A DNA stretch of 64,000 nucleotides from Candidatus Eiseniibacteriota bacterium (lineage in GTDB: Bacteria; Eisenbacteria; RBG-16-71-46; JABDJR01). The stretch is taken from assembly GCA_963762255.1 (NCBI GenBank), contig CAVXKA010000001.1:480001-544000 (forward strand), written 5' to 3'. The position numbers and the translations under genes are program-made. A model generated the notes under the pieces. That model saw only the letters and a list, made by a program, of their open reading frames with translations, searched no databases and was not told the origin of the DNA. Below, piece by piece: positions 62,450 through 64,000 of the stretch. The first letter of the stretch is position 1, and each line of letters starts with the position of its first letter.

Positions 62450-64000
62450 GTGACTCCGGTGCAAGTCTTCGGCCATGTCCTCCGCCGGCTCGGACTCGAG
62501 CCCGAGGAGAATAGGCTCCTGGGCCTGATGGGCGCGCTCTGCGCAACGCTCATGTGCGCCTACACGGTCGCGAAGGTCGTGCGGGATGCGCTGTTCCTGC
62601 AGGAGTTCGGCGCGCTCTCGCTCCCCTATGCCTATGTCGCCGTCGCGCTCGTGTCGGTGGCGTTCGTGTGGTTCGAGAGCCGGCTCGCCCGACGGTTGAC
62701 GCGTGTGGGCGCGACCTGGTTCAACCAGTACACCGCGATCGGGTTCAGCGTGGCCGCCGCGTTGATCCTGCCGCATGCCCGGCACTGGACGGCTGCGGTG
62801 TTCTATCTGTGGACCGGCAGTCAGGCCATGATGCTGATTCCGCATTTCTGGCTGCTGGCGCTCCATTTCTGGGATTCCCGGCGCGCGCGCCGCATCTTCC
62901 CGCTACTCGCCGGTTTCGGGCTCATCGGCGGACTCGCCGGCGGTGCGATCGCGGCCTGGTTGGCGCCGTTGGGCCTGGTCGCGCTCACGTGGATTCTGTC
63001 GGGGCTGCTCGTGGTGGCTCATGTGCTCACGCGCATCGTGAAGCCGCGCAGCACGCGCCTCGTCGCCGCCCTGGACGCATCGCCCGGCGTCTCCAGTTGG
63101 GAGATCATTCGGCGATCCCCGTACATCAAGGTCATGGTCGCCGGCCTCGCGTTGTCGGTCATCGTCGGGACCCTGGTCGATTTCCAGTTCAAGTTCTTCG
63201 CCCAGCAGCTCTACCCGGATCCACACGCCCTGACTAGATTCCTCGGCGCTTTCTACGTCGGGCTCAACGCTTTGGCGATGCTGCTCCAATTCGGCGTCGC
63301 CGGATGGCTGTTGCAGCGCTTGGGCCTGGGGACATCCATGGGATTGCAGCCGGGAACCGTGCTGTTGTTCGCGACGCTGACGGCGGTCACCAGCGGAGGA
63401 TGGGTGGTCATCGCAATGCGATGGATTCAGGGTGTCACCGCGCAGACGCTGGGAAAGTCGGCGGCCGAGATCTACTTCGCGGCGGTCCGCCCGAGCGAGC
63501 GCCGGCGCATCAAGCTCGCGATCGACACGCTGGTCGAGCGCTGGTCGGATGCGGCGGCCGGCATCGCGCTGATCGTCGTCCTGCGCGTCCTCCATGTTCC
63601 GATTATGTTCATCGGCGTCGGGACGGCCGTCCTGGCGGCAGCGTGGATCGTCGTGGTGTGGCGCCTGCACATGCGCTACGGCTCGGCCTTCGAGCAGGCC
63701 CTGAGCAGCCGCTGGATCGAGCCTGACGTGGCGCCCGAAGCGATGCGGATCCCCTCGGCGCGCAAGGCGCTGCTGCTGGCGTTGAACGACGACGATGAGC
63801 ACCGAATCGTGTTCGCGCTCAAGCTGAGCGAGAGCGCTAGCGATCCGGCCGTTGCACGCGCGGTGCGAGACTGCCTCCGGCACGCCTCACCCGGAGTGCG
63901 CACGGCGGCAATGAGAGCGATGGAGGAGACCCGCGCGCCCGACCCGGACGGCATGATCGAGGGTTTCCTGCGCGATCCCGACGAAGGCGTGCGCCGCGCC
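62450..64000 (+). CDS. NTT-like carrier fused to HEAT repeats (3'-truncated by window; absent from the ORF track)
   Basis: Hand translation from GTG 62450 stays open: AKVVRDALFL, HFWLLA..ARRIFP, LVDFQFK, ERRRIKLAIDT, then HEAT-like LRHASPGVRTAAMRAM and LRDPDEGVRRA. Confidence 0.8.
   Translation, partial: MTPVQVFGHVLRRLGLEPEENRLLGLMGALCATLMCAYTVAKVVRDALFLQEFGALSLPYAYVAVALVSVAFVWFESRLARRLTRVGATWFNQYTAIGFSVAAALILPHARHWTAAVFYLWTGSQAMMLIPHFWLLALHFWDSRRARRIFPLLAGFGLIGGLAGGAIAAWLAPLGLVALTWILSGLLVVAHVLTRIVKPRSTRLVAALDASPGVSSWEIIRRSPYIKVMVAGLALSVIVGTLVDFQFKFFAQQLYPDPHALTRFLGAFYVGLNALAMLLQFGVAGWLLQRLGLGTSMGLQPGTVLLFATLTAVTSGGWVVIAMRWIQGVTAQTLGKSAAEIYFAAVRPSERRRIKLAIDTLVERWSDAAAGIALIVVLRVLHVPIMFIGVGTAVLAAAWIVVVWRLHMRYGSAFEQALSSRWIEPDVAPEAMRIPSARKALLLALNDDDEHRIVFALKLSESASDPAVARAVRDCLRHASPGVRTAAMRAMEETRAPDPDGMIEGFLRDPDEGVRRA

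Overview
High-GC bacterial chromosome window. C-terminal T(T/S)WxxxK-type tails on two secreted proteins suggest an FCB-related candidate lineage such as Eisenbacteria, Krumholzibacteria or Latescibacteria (inference only). 1-11.4 kb is accessory DNA: the end of a phage-like module (ParB-like, TerS, GpA-type TerL, large serine recombinase, no portal visible), a Panacea-type TA pair, and a minus-strand integron cassette array with about 8 attC-like sites, no integrase (CALIN) and nuclease/HEPN-like cargo. 11.5-55 kb is mostly core: lipase-fadL-fadD, c-di-GMP regulators, tsaD, a complete H+-type F1Fo atp operon, guaB, tRNA-Met(CAT) with a 1.3-kb island relic, tilS-ftsH-folP-cdaA, a lipoprotein plus L,D-transpeptidase cluster, ubiD, aconitase and thiL. 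55.3-64 kb carries the best candidate for an undescribed system: PPK2, a POTRA-less Omp85 barrel, a secreted atypical kinase-like protein, a lipoprotein metallophosphoesterase, an NTT nucleotide carrier and an NTT-HEAT fusion. Several genes, including essential atpC and atpH, have +1 frameshifts that look like sequencing or assembly errors. All calls come from reading motifs by eye; no database searches were run.
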